Positions 27,570 through 35,642 of a stretch of 64,000 bases of DNA are shown here, in pieces; the stretch's first letter is position 1, and the number at the start of each line of letters is the position of its first letter. The translations under genes and the position numbers were made by a program. The notes beneath the pieces are model-generated. The model searched no databases. It was not told the origin of the DNA and was given only the letters and a program-made list of their open reading frames with translations. This DNA comes from Patescibacteria group bacterium (GTDB lineage: Bacteria > Chloroflexota > Anaerolineae > Promineifilales > Promineifilaceae), in NCBI GenBank assembly GCA_035527655.1, contig DATLAB010000014.1:33099-97098 (forward strand). The letters run 5' to 3'.

Positions 27570-29138
27570 ATGGTCAGAAAGAATCTTTCGAAAAATATCT
27601 TGTCACCAGTAGATAATGCCTGGTTGCGCATGGAGCTCCCTACAAATTTGATGATGATTACAGGGGTCTTCTTTATCGATCAGCCGATTGAGTTAGCCGC
27701 GATCAAAGAGATAATGGGAAGTCGGTTGCTCCGCTTCCAACGCTTTCGCCAGCGTATCAAACAGCCGAGGTTTTCATGGTTGCCGGCCTACTGGGAGGAT
27801 GATTCCCACTTTGATATCAACTCCCATGTGCATCGGATCGCCTTACCAGCTCCTGGAAATCAATCAGCGCTTCAGGAATTAATTAACGATTTCATGGCCA
27901 CTCCACTTGATTTTAGCAAACCACTGTGGCAGATTCACCTGGTTGAAAACTATGGTGATGGCTGTGCTTTGCTTTGCCGCTTACACCATTGTATCGGCGA
28001 TGGCGTCGCCCTCATGCGGGTTCTTTTCAGTTTGACAGATGATGTGGCTAATCCAGATGAACAACAAACAAATAAGACGGATCGCTCAAGATCCCGGACA
28101 ACCAACAACGGGCAAAAAGTTCGCCCGTTTAGCTCGGTACTTGCGCGCACAAGCAAAAACGGCAATTTGCTGGTGAAGAGGGGACTGGAAAGACTAGCTG
28201 ATCCAGGGCAATTGCTAGCCGGATTGAAGTTTGGCGCGGAGAGTTCGGCCGCCTTGGCGAACCTGTTGCTCTTGAGCCCAGATCCAGAAACGCCTTACAA
28301 AGGCGAGCTTGGCGTTGCTAAACGGTGTGCTTGGACTCGACCGTTATTGTTGTCCGATGTGAAAGAGGTAGGCCGGGTATGCGGTGGAACAGTCAACGAC
28401 GTCTTACTCACAGCCGTAGCCGGCGCGCTGGGAAAATACCTGCGCTCAAGGGGCGAGCCCATTGGCGGATTAAATTTCCGCGCTGTTGTGCCGGTCAACC
28501 TGCGCCCGGCCGATGAGGAGTTGAAGCTCGGAAACTCTTTCGGCCTAATTTTCCTCTCATTACCGGTGGGCATTGAGGACCCCCTTGATCGGCTGTACGA
28601 GCTAAAGAAAAGAATGGATGCGATAAAGGGCACGCCGGAAGCGATTGTTGCCTATGGCATTCTAAATGCAATTGGGATAGCTTCAAGGGAGATTGAGGAC
28701 ATCGTGGTTGGGCTATTTGGCCAAAAAGCCACGACAGTAATGACCAATGTCCCTGGCCCCAAAGAAGTAAGGTTTTTTGCCGGACGGCCCATAAAGGGGT
28801 TAATGTTTTGGGTACCCCAATCAGGTCGCCTGGGCCTCGGAGTTAGCATCCTGAGTTACGCAGGCACCGTCTTGATCGGCGTCGCCACCGATGCTGCACT
28901 GACTCCCGATCCCGAGAGCATTGTAGCTCTCATCCATGGAGAATTCGAAGAGCTGATGGACCTCGTTCGGATGGCTAAGGAAAGTGATGCAGAAATGGCA
29001 GGCGAAGAACCAGACCAGGAGCTTTGTGAGGCAATTACCTTATCTGGTAACAGGTGTAAAAACAAGGCCCGAGAGAACTCTCGCTATTGTTACAAACATC
29101 AAAAGTACGTTGTGCTTGACGCTTCAATAGCCCCCTAA
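27570..29138 (+). CDS. Wax ester synthase / diacylglycerol acyltransferase (WS/DGAT) family protein with a C-terminal CCCH knuckle
   Basis: Catalytic HHxxxDG motif in LCRLHHCIGDGVALM and a DUF1298-like C-terminal half (NDVLLTAVAGAL, TNVPGP). An extra C-terminal motif reads CEAITLSGNRCKNKARENSRYCYKH. Confidence 0.85.
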   Translation: MVRKNLSKNILSPVDNAWLRMELPTNLMMITGVFFIDQPIELAAIKEIMGSRLLRFQRFRQRIKQPRFSWLPAYWEDDSHFDINSHVHRIALPAPGNQSALQELINDFMATPLDFSKPLWQIHLVENYGDGCALLCRLHHCIGDGVALMRVLFSLTDDVANPDEQQTNKTDRSRSRTTNNGQKVRPFSSVLARTSKNGNLLVKRGLERLADPGQLLAGLKFGAESSAALANLLLLSPDPETPYKGELGVAKRCAWTRPLLLSDVKEVGRVCGGTVNDVLLTAVAGALGKYLRSRGEPIGGLNFRAVVPVNLRPADEELKLGNSFGLIFLSLPVGIEDPLDRLYELKKRMDAIKGTPEAIVAYGILNAIGIASREIEDIVVGLFGQKATTVMTNVPGPKEVRFFAGRPIKGLMFWVPQSGRLGLGVSILSYAGTVLIGVATDAALTPDPESIVALIHGEFEELMDLVRMAKESDAEMAGEEPDQELCEAITLSGNRCKNKARENSRYCYKHQKYVVLDASIAP

Positions 29139-29216
29139 CGAAAAAAAGCGATCAGAACATTCATGATCTGACGTCCTTAACTTTCTTGAACCTTGCTACA
29201 ACATTACGCCGGACGG

Positions 29217-32200
29217 TTACGGGCACATATTATTCTCGACAACCTGCCAAGTTCCGGCATCATCGCTCTTAGCGGCCTCAGGCCAAATCCCCAGACTACC
29301 TGAATACTGGACCAGCGTCATCAATGCAAATGGGTTTCCAGCCAACAAAGTTGGCAGTTCATTGGTAGCATCTATCTCCAATTCGATCGACCAGGAATCC
29401 ACGCCAGATTCGGCGACGACCGCATTCCACTCCTGACTCTCATATTCGGTTTTCCAATAGAGTCCATCTATGTTGGTGTTAATTCCGGTTCGCGCCATCA
29501 GGGTATTATCCCGAACAATCTGGAAGAAACGGTCGGAAGAATCAGGATCGCCGGCATTGTTGGAAGCATCGAAATAAACTCTTAGGGAATCGATCTTTTG
29601 GTCAACTGAAGGATCGTTGATTTCATATGCCAAATAAAGTTGATCGGCAACCCAACGGATGTAGCCTTTCACAAGCCGAGTAGGATCTTCATCAGGGGCA
29701 AATGTAAAAGCAGGATCGCTTCCCCACTCCGCCTCGGTTACGATGCCATCGAGGACAGGCGCTTCCAGGCTGCAGTCGGCTAGTGGTGTCGGCTGGGCAG
29801 TGGACGTCAGCGTGGGTGTGATGGTCGGTGTTTGGGAAGGTGTAGCCGACGGAGTCGATGTTGGTGAACTTGTTATCGTAGGCGTATTGGTCGGCGGGAC
29901 AGTCGGTGTACTGGAAGGGGTTGAGATCGGCGTCGCCGATGGGATTGCCGTTTCCGTGCTGATGGCTGTTGGGGGTGTCAACACTGGCGTTGGGCTGGCA
30001 GGCGGATCGAACGGATTTAACGGATCAGTGCCCGAGGCCACTTCGATGCCATCGGGGATGCCGTCGCCGTCTGTGTCTGGATTGGTCGGACTTGTACCAT
30101 AAGTACGTACTTCATCCCCATCCAGAAGAATATCGGTATCAGTATCTCTAATAAGCGGTTCCGTACCCCACGTGAGAACCTCCTCACCATCCAACAATCC
30201 ATCACTGTCGGTGTCAGGGTTATCAGGATCAGTTCCGATTATGCCCTCTTGAGCATCACTCAAGCCATCATTGTCACGATCGCCGATTATCTGGGCCGTT
30301 GCCGCGGCGGCAGTTGCCGCATCAGATGTAGCGATTACGGCCGAGGTTGCTGACCCACTGATCGCCGCGGTGGAAGTCATGGCGATGCTTTCGATCTCAG
30401 ATCCAGTGGCCGGTGGGAGTGTGCCAAGGCGATCACGCTGAAATACGAATAACAAGGCCGCGACAACACACAGGAAAATGGCCAGAAACATAACGATATA
30501 GATAAGTGCAGCCGGCAACAAGGATGATATGGTTGCTCGCCCCCTGGCACTTTGATTGGCGCCACTGGCAGTCGTCACATCTACTCGGAAGGGATAAACC
30601 TCTGATTTGCCAAACCATGCTCTATGCTTCGCCTCAAGTTCCAGGTCCACAGCGGCTGTTTGGCGAGGTTCCAAGCGTATCCGGCCGCGCTCGCCGCGAA
30701 AGTGAATCTCCTCTGCCGGGTCGCTGCCAATCACACTGAATTCAGCGTTCGCATTGCCAGTATTACGAATGGTTACTCGAACCAGAGCAGGCAAAGAAAT
30801 TTGCTTTGGCTCCATGGCCATTTCAAAGGCTTCGTAACTGCCTAAATTTAGCGTAGCGCCTGCCGCCAGCTCCATCCCTGGGTATTGTTGGGACTTGACT
30901 TCTATGCGAAAGCGCTGACGTCCTGCCGGAGTATTCGTTACCCGCGGCGGTCGTATTTGGATTGGAATTGTAACACTCTGACCAGGGTTAACCCGGACAA
31001 AACTGTCTGGCCCTTCGACCCATTGGTTGGGCAGACCCACGACGCGCAAACTAACCCGGTCTGCAACATTGCTTCGGTTAACAACATCAACCTTCAATTC
31101 GGAATTTCTGCCAGGTTCGACAACGAATGTATCGCGAGCAATATAAATGGAGAGAGGCTGTTCCGCAAACTCGGCCGTCTGCGCTTCGGTTATATTCGCT
31201 GCAGACCTAGTTTCGGACTCAGGGCTCTCCAGCCGGCGTGCCACTGTCGCTGCGGCAGCCAGGCTGGCAGAAGCACCATCGTCAGTCAATCGGTTGAGGA
31301 TAATCTGGTACGGTCCAATCTCCAGCATATCGCCAGTTGTGTAGTCAAGCGAAACACCTGGTCGCAATCGCTGCTCATTAAGCCAGGTGCCGTTTATTCC
31401 CCCCAGGTCGGATATCTTCCATCCACTCTCGGTTGCTTCTATACGCGCGTGATAACGAGATACCCCTTCAGCCGGCAAGACGATGACATTGTCCGCATTC
31501 CGGCCGATAGTCACCGATCCCCTGGTGAGAGTGGTATGGCTACTATTTTTACCCGGGGTCTCTATCTGCAACCAGTAGCTGCCTGAAATCAGAGCCGAGA
31601 GGCTTTGGCGTTGGCTTATTTCTTTTGGCCTTTCCAAGGTTTGGGTCGGCGCGCCTTCCAGGGAAAAGATTGCTGCCTCGAGGGCATCAGCCATCTCTAG
31701 GCCGGTAGCGAAGCGTTCATCAGTTGATTTTGCCAGGCAGCGCATTAACAAGGTGTCGACGATGGGTGGCAAGCCTGGGCGAAATTCGGTGGGCCGGGCT
31801 GGTAGCTCGCCGCGCATATGTGTACCGACAGCTTCCGAAAGCGATTTGAAGGCAAACGGCAGACGGTTTGTCAACAACTCATAGAGCACAACCCCTAAAG
31901 AATAGAGATCGCTCCTTCCATCCATTACCAGCCCTTCGCACTGTTCTGGTGACATGTATGTCGGCGTCCCCAAAGTGGTACCACTCTGGGTCATCGAATC
32001 GCCTTCCAGGAGTTTAACCAGGCCAAAATCAGTCAAGACCGCGCGAAAGGGCTGCGACGTCGTATCTTCTGGCCGGTTTAGCCGTTTAAGGATGATGTTA
32101 CTTGGCTTAACATCCCGGTGGACCACTCCTTGACGATGGGCATAGTCTAAGGCATCGGCGATCTGAACCCCTATTTGAAAACTCTGCTTCAGTGGTAAAA

Positions 32201-32528
32201 ATTGATTCCTACTCTGAAGTCGGTGTAAATGGGCTCGTAAACTTCCGCCGCCAATATATTCCATGGCGATGTACAATCCATCGTTATATTGGCCAAAATC
32301 ATAAATACCAACAATGGAGGGATGGCCTAACTGGGCAGCCGTTTTTGCTTCTTGGGTCAGGCGGGCGCGAAACTCAGCTCTCCGAGCATAATGGGCATGC
32401 ATGACCTTTACCGCCACAGTACGCTCCAGGTTCTGATCATGAGCCTTATATACAGTGCCCATGCCCCCTTCGCCAATCAGGGCATCGAGACGGTAATGGG
32501 CGATTACCTGACCAAGTAGATCCGTCAT
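29217..32528 (-). CDS. Ser/Thr protein kinase - FHA - TM - TSP3-like Ca-binding repeats - Pro/Thr/Ser linker - CBM9/DOMON-like domain
   Basis: Hanks kinase motifs GEGGMGTVYKA, VAVKVM, HRDVKPSNIIL, DFGLVK, GTPTYMSPEQ. FHA domain VTIGRNADNVIVLPAEGVSRYHARI, and TM AALIYIVMFLAIFLCVVAALLFV. Repeats are DRDNDGLSDAQE, DTDSDGLLDGEE and DTDGDGIPDGIE, followed by a long P/T/S linker. I chose the ATG at 32528 (GGAGGAGAAAATG, ATGA overlap with the ltaE stop) over the listed 32540. Confidence 0.9.
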   Translation of the reverse strand: MTDLLGQVIAHYRLDALIGEGGMGTVYKAHDQNLERTVAVKVMHAHYARRAEFRARLTQEAKTAAQLGHPSIVGIYDFGQYNDGLYIAMEYIGGGSLRAHLHRLQSRNQFLPLKQSFQIGVQIADALDYAHRQGVVHRDVKPSNIILKRLNRPEDTTSQPFRAVLTDFGLVKLLEGDSMTQSGTTLGTPTYMSPEQCEGLVMDGRSDLYSLGVVLYELLTNRLPFAFKSLSEAVGTHMRGELPARPTEFRPGLPPIVDTLLMRCLAKSTDERFATGLEMADALEAAIFSLEGAPTQTLERPKEISQRQSLSALISGSYWLQIETPGKNSSHTTLTRGSVTIGRNADNVIVLPAEGVSRYHARIEATESGWKISDLGGINGTWLNEQRLRPGVSLDYTTGDMLEIGPYQIILNRLTDDGASASLAAAATVARRLESPESETRSAANITEAQTAEFAEQPLSIYIARDTFVVEPGRNSELKVDVVNRSNVADRVSLRVVGLPNQWVEGPDSFVRVNPGQSVTIPIQIRPPRVTNTPAGRQRFRIEVKSQQYPGMELAAGATLNLGSYEAFEMAMEPKQISLPALVRVTIRNTGNANAEFSVIGSDPAEEIHFRGERGRIRLEPRQTAAVDLELEAKHRAWFGKSEVYPFRVDVTTASGANQSARGRATISSLLPAALIYIVMFLAIFLCVVAALLFVFQRDRLGTLPPATGSEIESIAMTSTAAISGSATSAVIATSDAATAAAATAQIIGDRDNDGLSDAQEGIIGTDPDNPDTDSDGLLDGEEVLTWGTEPLIRDTDTDILLDGDEVRTYGTSPTNPDTDGDGIPDGIEVASGTDPLNPFDPPASPTPVLTPPTAISTETAIPSATPISTPSSTPTVPPTNTPTITSSPTSTPSATPSQTPTITPTLTSTAQPTPLADCSLEAPVLDGIVTEAEWGSDPAFTFAPDEDPTRLVKGYIRWVADQLYLAYEINDPSVDQKIDSLRVYFDASNNAGDPDSSDRFFQIVRDNTLMARTGINTNIDGLYWKTEYESQEWNAVVAESGVDSWSIELEIDATNELPTLLAGNPFALMTLVQYSGSLGIWPEAAKSDDAGTWQVVENNMCP

Positions 32529-33628
32529 TTTCTCCTCCACCCGGCCAGGATGTCCCTTAGCCCAAGTACCAAGCGATCAACATCCTCGGATCCAACCCAG
32601 TAATGAGTCACAGCTCGAAATGTGTTTGGGCCGTTTATCCCAATCAGAATTCTTTCTTGTTCCCATAACCTGGCAGCGATCTCACTCGAATTAGGTCCAT
32701 TGTCAACTTCTATTTGAAAGAAGACAATATTTGTTTTGATTGCCGAAAGATCGATAACAACACCGGGTATATCGGCCACTCCTTCCGCCAGAAGTCGAGC
32801 GTTTGAGTGGTCTTCAGATAGCCGGCCGACCATTTCATTCAAAGCGATGAGACCGGGCGCGGCGATAATACCCGCCTGTCGCATGCTGCCACCTAGTGCA
32901 AGCCGGGCACGGCGAGCCTGGTGAGTAAATTCTGAGGACCCGCAGATTACTGAACCAACCGGTGCGCAAAGTCCTTTACTTAGACAAAAAGACACGGAAT
33001 CGACATACTGGGTCAGCTCGTGAGCCTCAATCCCCAGAGCCGTCACGGCATTGAATAGACGTGCGCCATCTAGATGAACAACGAGCCCGTGCCGGTCGGC
33101 TATCTCCTTGACATCACCAAAATAGGCTGTTTCAATAGGGTAACCATTTTTTGCCCCGTAGGAATTCTCAAGAAGAATAAGCCTTGACCTGGGGTAATAT
33201 GGTTCATCAGGGCTAATAGCCTGCTCGATGGCTATAAGATCCATCCGCCCTTCACTATCAGTAGATAGCGGCTGGGGAACAACACCGCCAAAGGCTGATA
33301 TCCCGCCCGCTTCACTCCTAAATGTGTGTGCATCCAGGCCAACAATCGCCCCTTCACCACGAGATGCATGGGCTAGGATCCCTATAAGATTACCCATGGT
33401 TCCACTGGATACAAGAACCGCGGCCTCTTTGCCGGTTAGGTGGGCGGCTAATTCTTCGAGTTCCCTGACCGTTGGATCCTCGCCATAGCCGTCATCGCCC
33501 ACGGCCGCCTCAGCCATCGCTTTCCGCATAGCGACCGTTGGCCAAGTTACTGTGTCTGAACGAAAGTCGATATGGTCCACAAAACGTAGTTTATGTAAAA
33601 ATGATACTCTTAGCAAGCGGATATGCAT
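32525..33628 (-). CDS. ltaE: Low-specificity L-threonine aldolase (PLP-dependent)
   Basis: IDFRSDTVTWPT...GDDGYGEDPTV...GTMGNL...HLDGARLFNA...SFCLSKGLCAPVGS (PLP Lys) is collinear with E. coli LtaE as I recall it. The ORF is open to 33697. Homology begins near GTG 33580, and ATG 33628 was chosen as a compromise, so the start is uncertain. Confidence 0.85.
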   Translation of the reverse strand: MHIRLLRVSFLHKLRFVDHIDFRSDTVTWPTVAMRKAMAEAAVGDDGYGEDPTVRELEELAAHLTGKEAAVLVSSGTMGNLIGILAHASRGEGAIVGLDAHTFRSEAGGISAFGGVVPQPLSTDSEGRMDLIAIEQAISPDEPYYPRSRLILLENSYGAKNGYPIETAYFGDVKEIADRHGLVVHLDGARLFNAVTALGIEAHELTQYVDSVSFCLSKGLCAPVGSVICGSSEFTHQARRARLALGGSMRQAGIIAAPGLIALNEMVGRLSEDHSNARLLAEGVADIPGVVIDLSAIKTNIVFFQIEVDNGPNSSEIAARLWEQERILIGINGPNTFRAVTHYWVGSEDVDRLVLGLRDILAGWRRK

Positions 33629-33781
33629 AAGCTTGCCAGAACAAACGAGCGGGTGAAGTTCTTCACCCATCAGCCACTTGGGCCAGCTCCCTAACAAAGC
33701 ACGCTAATTGAAAATTGGCGCGGCTTGTCTATAAGGAATAATGACCTAGCTCTACGAAGAATTGATGCTAATCCACCGCCA

Positions 33782-34755
33782 TCAGCCATCAAATGGCTCA
33801 GCCTGGCCCTGGAACAAATCAATTGGGGCAGTGCTCGGAACCAAAAGGCGAAGAGCTCCTGGGGCAAGACGGCAGCGTAAAGGCGTTTGGCCGACGGGAT
33901 CACCGTCGTGATGGACCGGACTTGGATTGTTGGTATTGACTTCAATCTGCCTGCCTCTGGTAGCCGTTATTCGAGGGTTACATATATGAGTTCCCTGCGC
34001 TAGCTCCAGCAGGTAGCCGGCAACATCGCTCCTTGTACTTCCTTTGGACATGCACACCTCAAAATAGCCATCGTCAAGAACGCTGTTGGGGCTGAGGACA
34101 ATTCGCCCTCCAGCATAACGCCGGATGTTACTGATTGTAACCATGACGTAGCGGCCCTCGTACATTTCAGCATCAATTGAGACTATCGCCTCTATTCCAA
34201 GAAAGTCGACCAAGGCCGGTAATCCCAGGGCAATATAGCCCACACTCCCCATGCGTCGCGTCCTACGATTTCGAGGTTCTATTCGCACCACTATATAGGC
34301 GTCAATACCAATCCCACTACACTGAAGCCAGTGACTGTTTTCGTTGCAGACATCGATATCGATTGACCTGACCTCCCCGGTTGAAAGCGCATCACACGCT
34401 CTTATCAGATTACACTTCCCGAGAAGATCTCGATGTGGCAGCGCCAGCTCTTTAGCAAACGAGTTTCCTGTGCCACTTGGAAGAGGAGCCAAGAGGCATC
34501 TGCTCTAAGCTAAACCTCCCACCACCTCGCCAAGCGGCCCATCTCCGCCGGCAGCCAGGATCATTGTGTGGCCTGCTGAAACGGCCCTGAGGCTCGAGCC
34601 TTTGCATGACTAGCGCACCGCGTTGCTCTGACTTCAAAATGCCAGCCACGATCCTGCCAGTAATCTACGATGGCCGATATCGTGGGATATACATCTAGCA
34701 TTCCGGCGAATGGATTATAAATTAACATGGCAAGACGGTCGTCGGCAGATTTCAC
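33782..34755 (-). pseudogene. Diacylglycerol/lipid kinase (DAGK_cat, YegS/LCB5-like) disrupted by one frameshift and one in-frame TAG
   Basis: N-terminus LAMLIYNPFAGM...EVRAT is in one frame (34755..34561). AVSAGHTMILAAGGDGPLGEVVGGLA is in a second frame and ends at TAG 34505-34507. The same frame then continues SRCLLAPLPSGTGNSFAKELALP into the listed 236-aa ORF. Confidence 0.75.
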
Positions 34756-34947
34756 ATGTGTATACCATTCTATTCCCAGTTATCGACAACCTTGTTTTGA
34801 CTGATAACCGGTTGGGCTGACATCTGCTTGGCCTCCGAAGAGCACGCGCCACTTTCCTGCGTTCTGAATCGATAATACTAAGGAGCTGTGTCTTCAGCAA
34901 ACCATGTCCTTGTCAATTTCTTGTCCTTATTAATCAAAATGAAGAAA

Positions 34948-34977
34948 TTGGCGTGACCAGACTTGCTAAGATATAAT
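34948..34977 (+). promoter_or_regulatory. Candidate sigma-A-type promoter upstream of rpsO (TTGGCG-18 nt-TATAAT)
   Basis: A perfect TATAAT lies at 34972-34977, with TTGGCG 18 nt upstream. It sits about 75 nt before the rpsO start. This is a pattern match only. Confidence 0.3.
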
Positions 34978-35053
34978 GCTGAGTTGCTCAGGGGTTTGAC
35001 GCTATCGGCGCGGCGGCTCACGGGCGATATCAAATAATATGGAGATTGTGACT

Positions 35054-35323
35054 ATGCCGTTAACACTGGCGGAAAAGACCGAAATTATTGAAGAATTTGC
35101 TATTCACCCTGGTGATACAGGATCACCTGAGGTGCAAATTGCGTTATTCGACAAACGGATAAAGCAGTTACAGGAGCATCTATCGACAAACAAACATGAC
35201 GAAAGTTCGCGAAGAGGCTTGCTAATGCTGGTCGGTAAACGCCGCCGCTTATTGGCTTACTTGCGAAAGACGCATCCAGAACGGTACCGGGTTATTCTGG
35301 GCCGCCTTGGCTTGCGGCGTTAA
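35054..35323 (+). CDS. rpsO: 30S ribosomal protein S15
   Basis: [47 protein letters not shown] is the canonical S15 sequence. ATG 35054 (MPLTLAEK) fits the family N-terminus; ATG 35039 is the alternative. Confidence 0.95.
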   Translation: MPLTLAEKTEIIEEFAIHPGDTGSPEVQIALFDKRIKQLQEHLSTNKHDESSRRGLLMLVGKRRRLLAYLRKTHPERYRVILGRLGLRR

Positions 35324-35338
35324 GCTTTGTGGAAATAT

Positions 35339-35370
35339 GCAGGCTCAGTTACACTAAGTCTGCTTTTTTT
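35339..35370 (+). terminator. Hairpin plus T-run after rpsO (intrinsic terminator/attenuator in the rpsO-pnp spacer)
   Basis: GCAGGCT (35339-45) pairs with AGTCTGC (35357-63), including one G-U pair, around an 11-nt loop. Seven T residues follow (35364-70). Confidence 0.45.
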
Positions 35371-35642
35371 ATTACCGCATATTGGGGTATGGAGTGTGCA
35401 TTTAGGAATTGGGAAATGTCCCGCAATATCAGCTAGACTATTAGCGAATGCGTGCCAGTTCCCAGTCCCTAAATCCTCCGCCCCTCCTATGATAGAAGAA
35501 AGATACGTGTCCGTAGCGCCTGATGCTTTCATATAACGTTATTAGGTTGCCCTCCCCTGGGTACCTATTTACGTCGATATGGCCAGCATCCATGGCCATC
35601 TGATGGCGACTTTTCTATCTACCAATAATCAATGGAGGAACT

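Noticed and set aside
30885-31586. 233-aa ORF (and 29743..30102, 119 aa, Gly/Val-rich) antisense to the Ser/Thr kinase gene
   Set aside because: These ORFs lie wholly inside a gene with unambiguous kinase/FHA motifs on the other strand. Their composition is the mirror of the P/T/S linker and beta-rich region. They are typical shadow ORFs.
22154-34507. Idea that TAG is recoded (amber read-through or Pyl-like), since two genes carry in-frame TAG
   Set aside because: TAG is used as the apparent genuine terminator of several intact genes here (11814..15563, ybaK, 22166..22414). One of the two interrupted genes also has a frameshift. No pyl genes or suppressor tRNA are visible. Nonsense mutations or sequence errors are the simpler explanation.
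35320-35536. 69/70-aa ORFs on both strands in the rpsO-pnp spacer
   Set aside because: There are no SDs and the two ORFs overlap each other. They lie in a region expected to be an untranslated regulatory leader.
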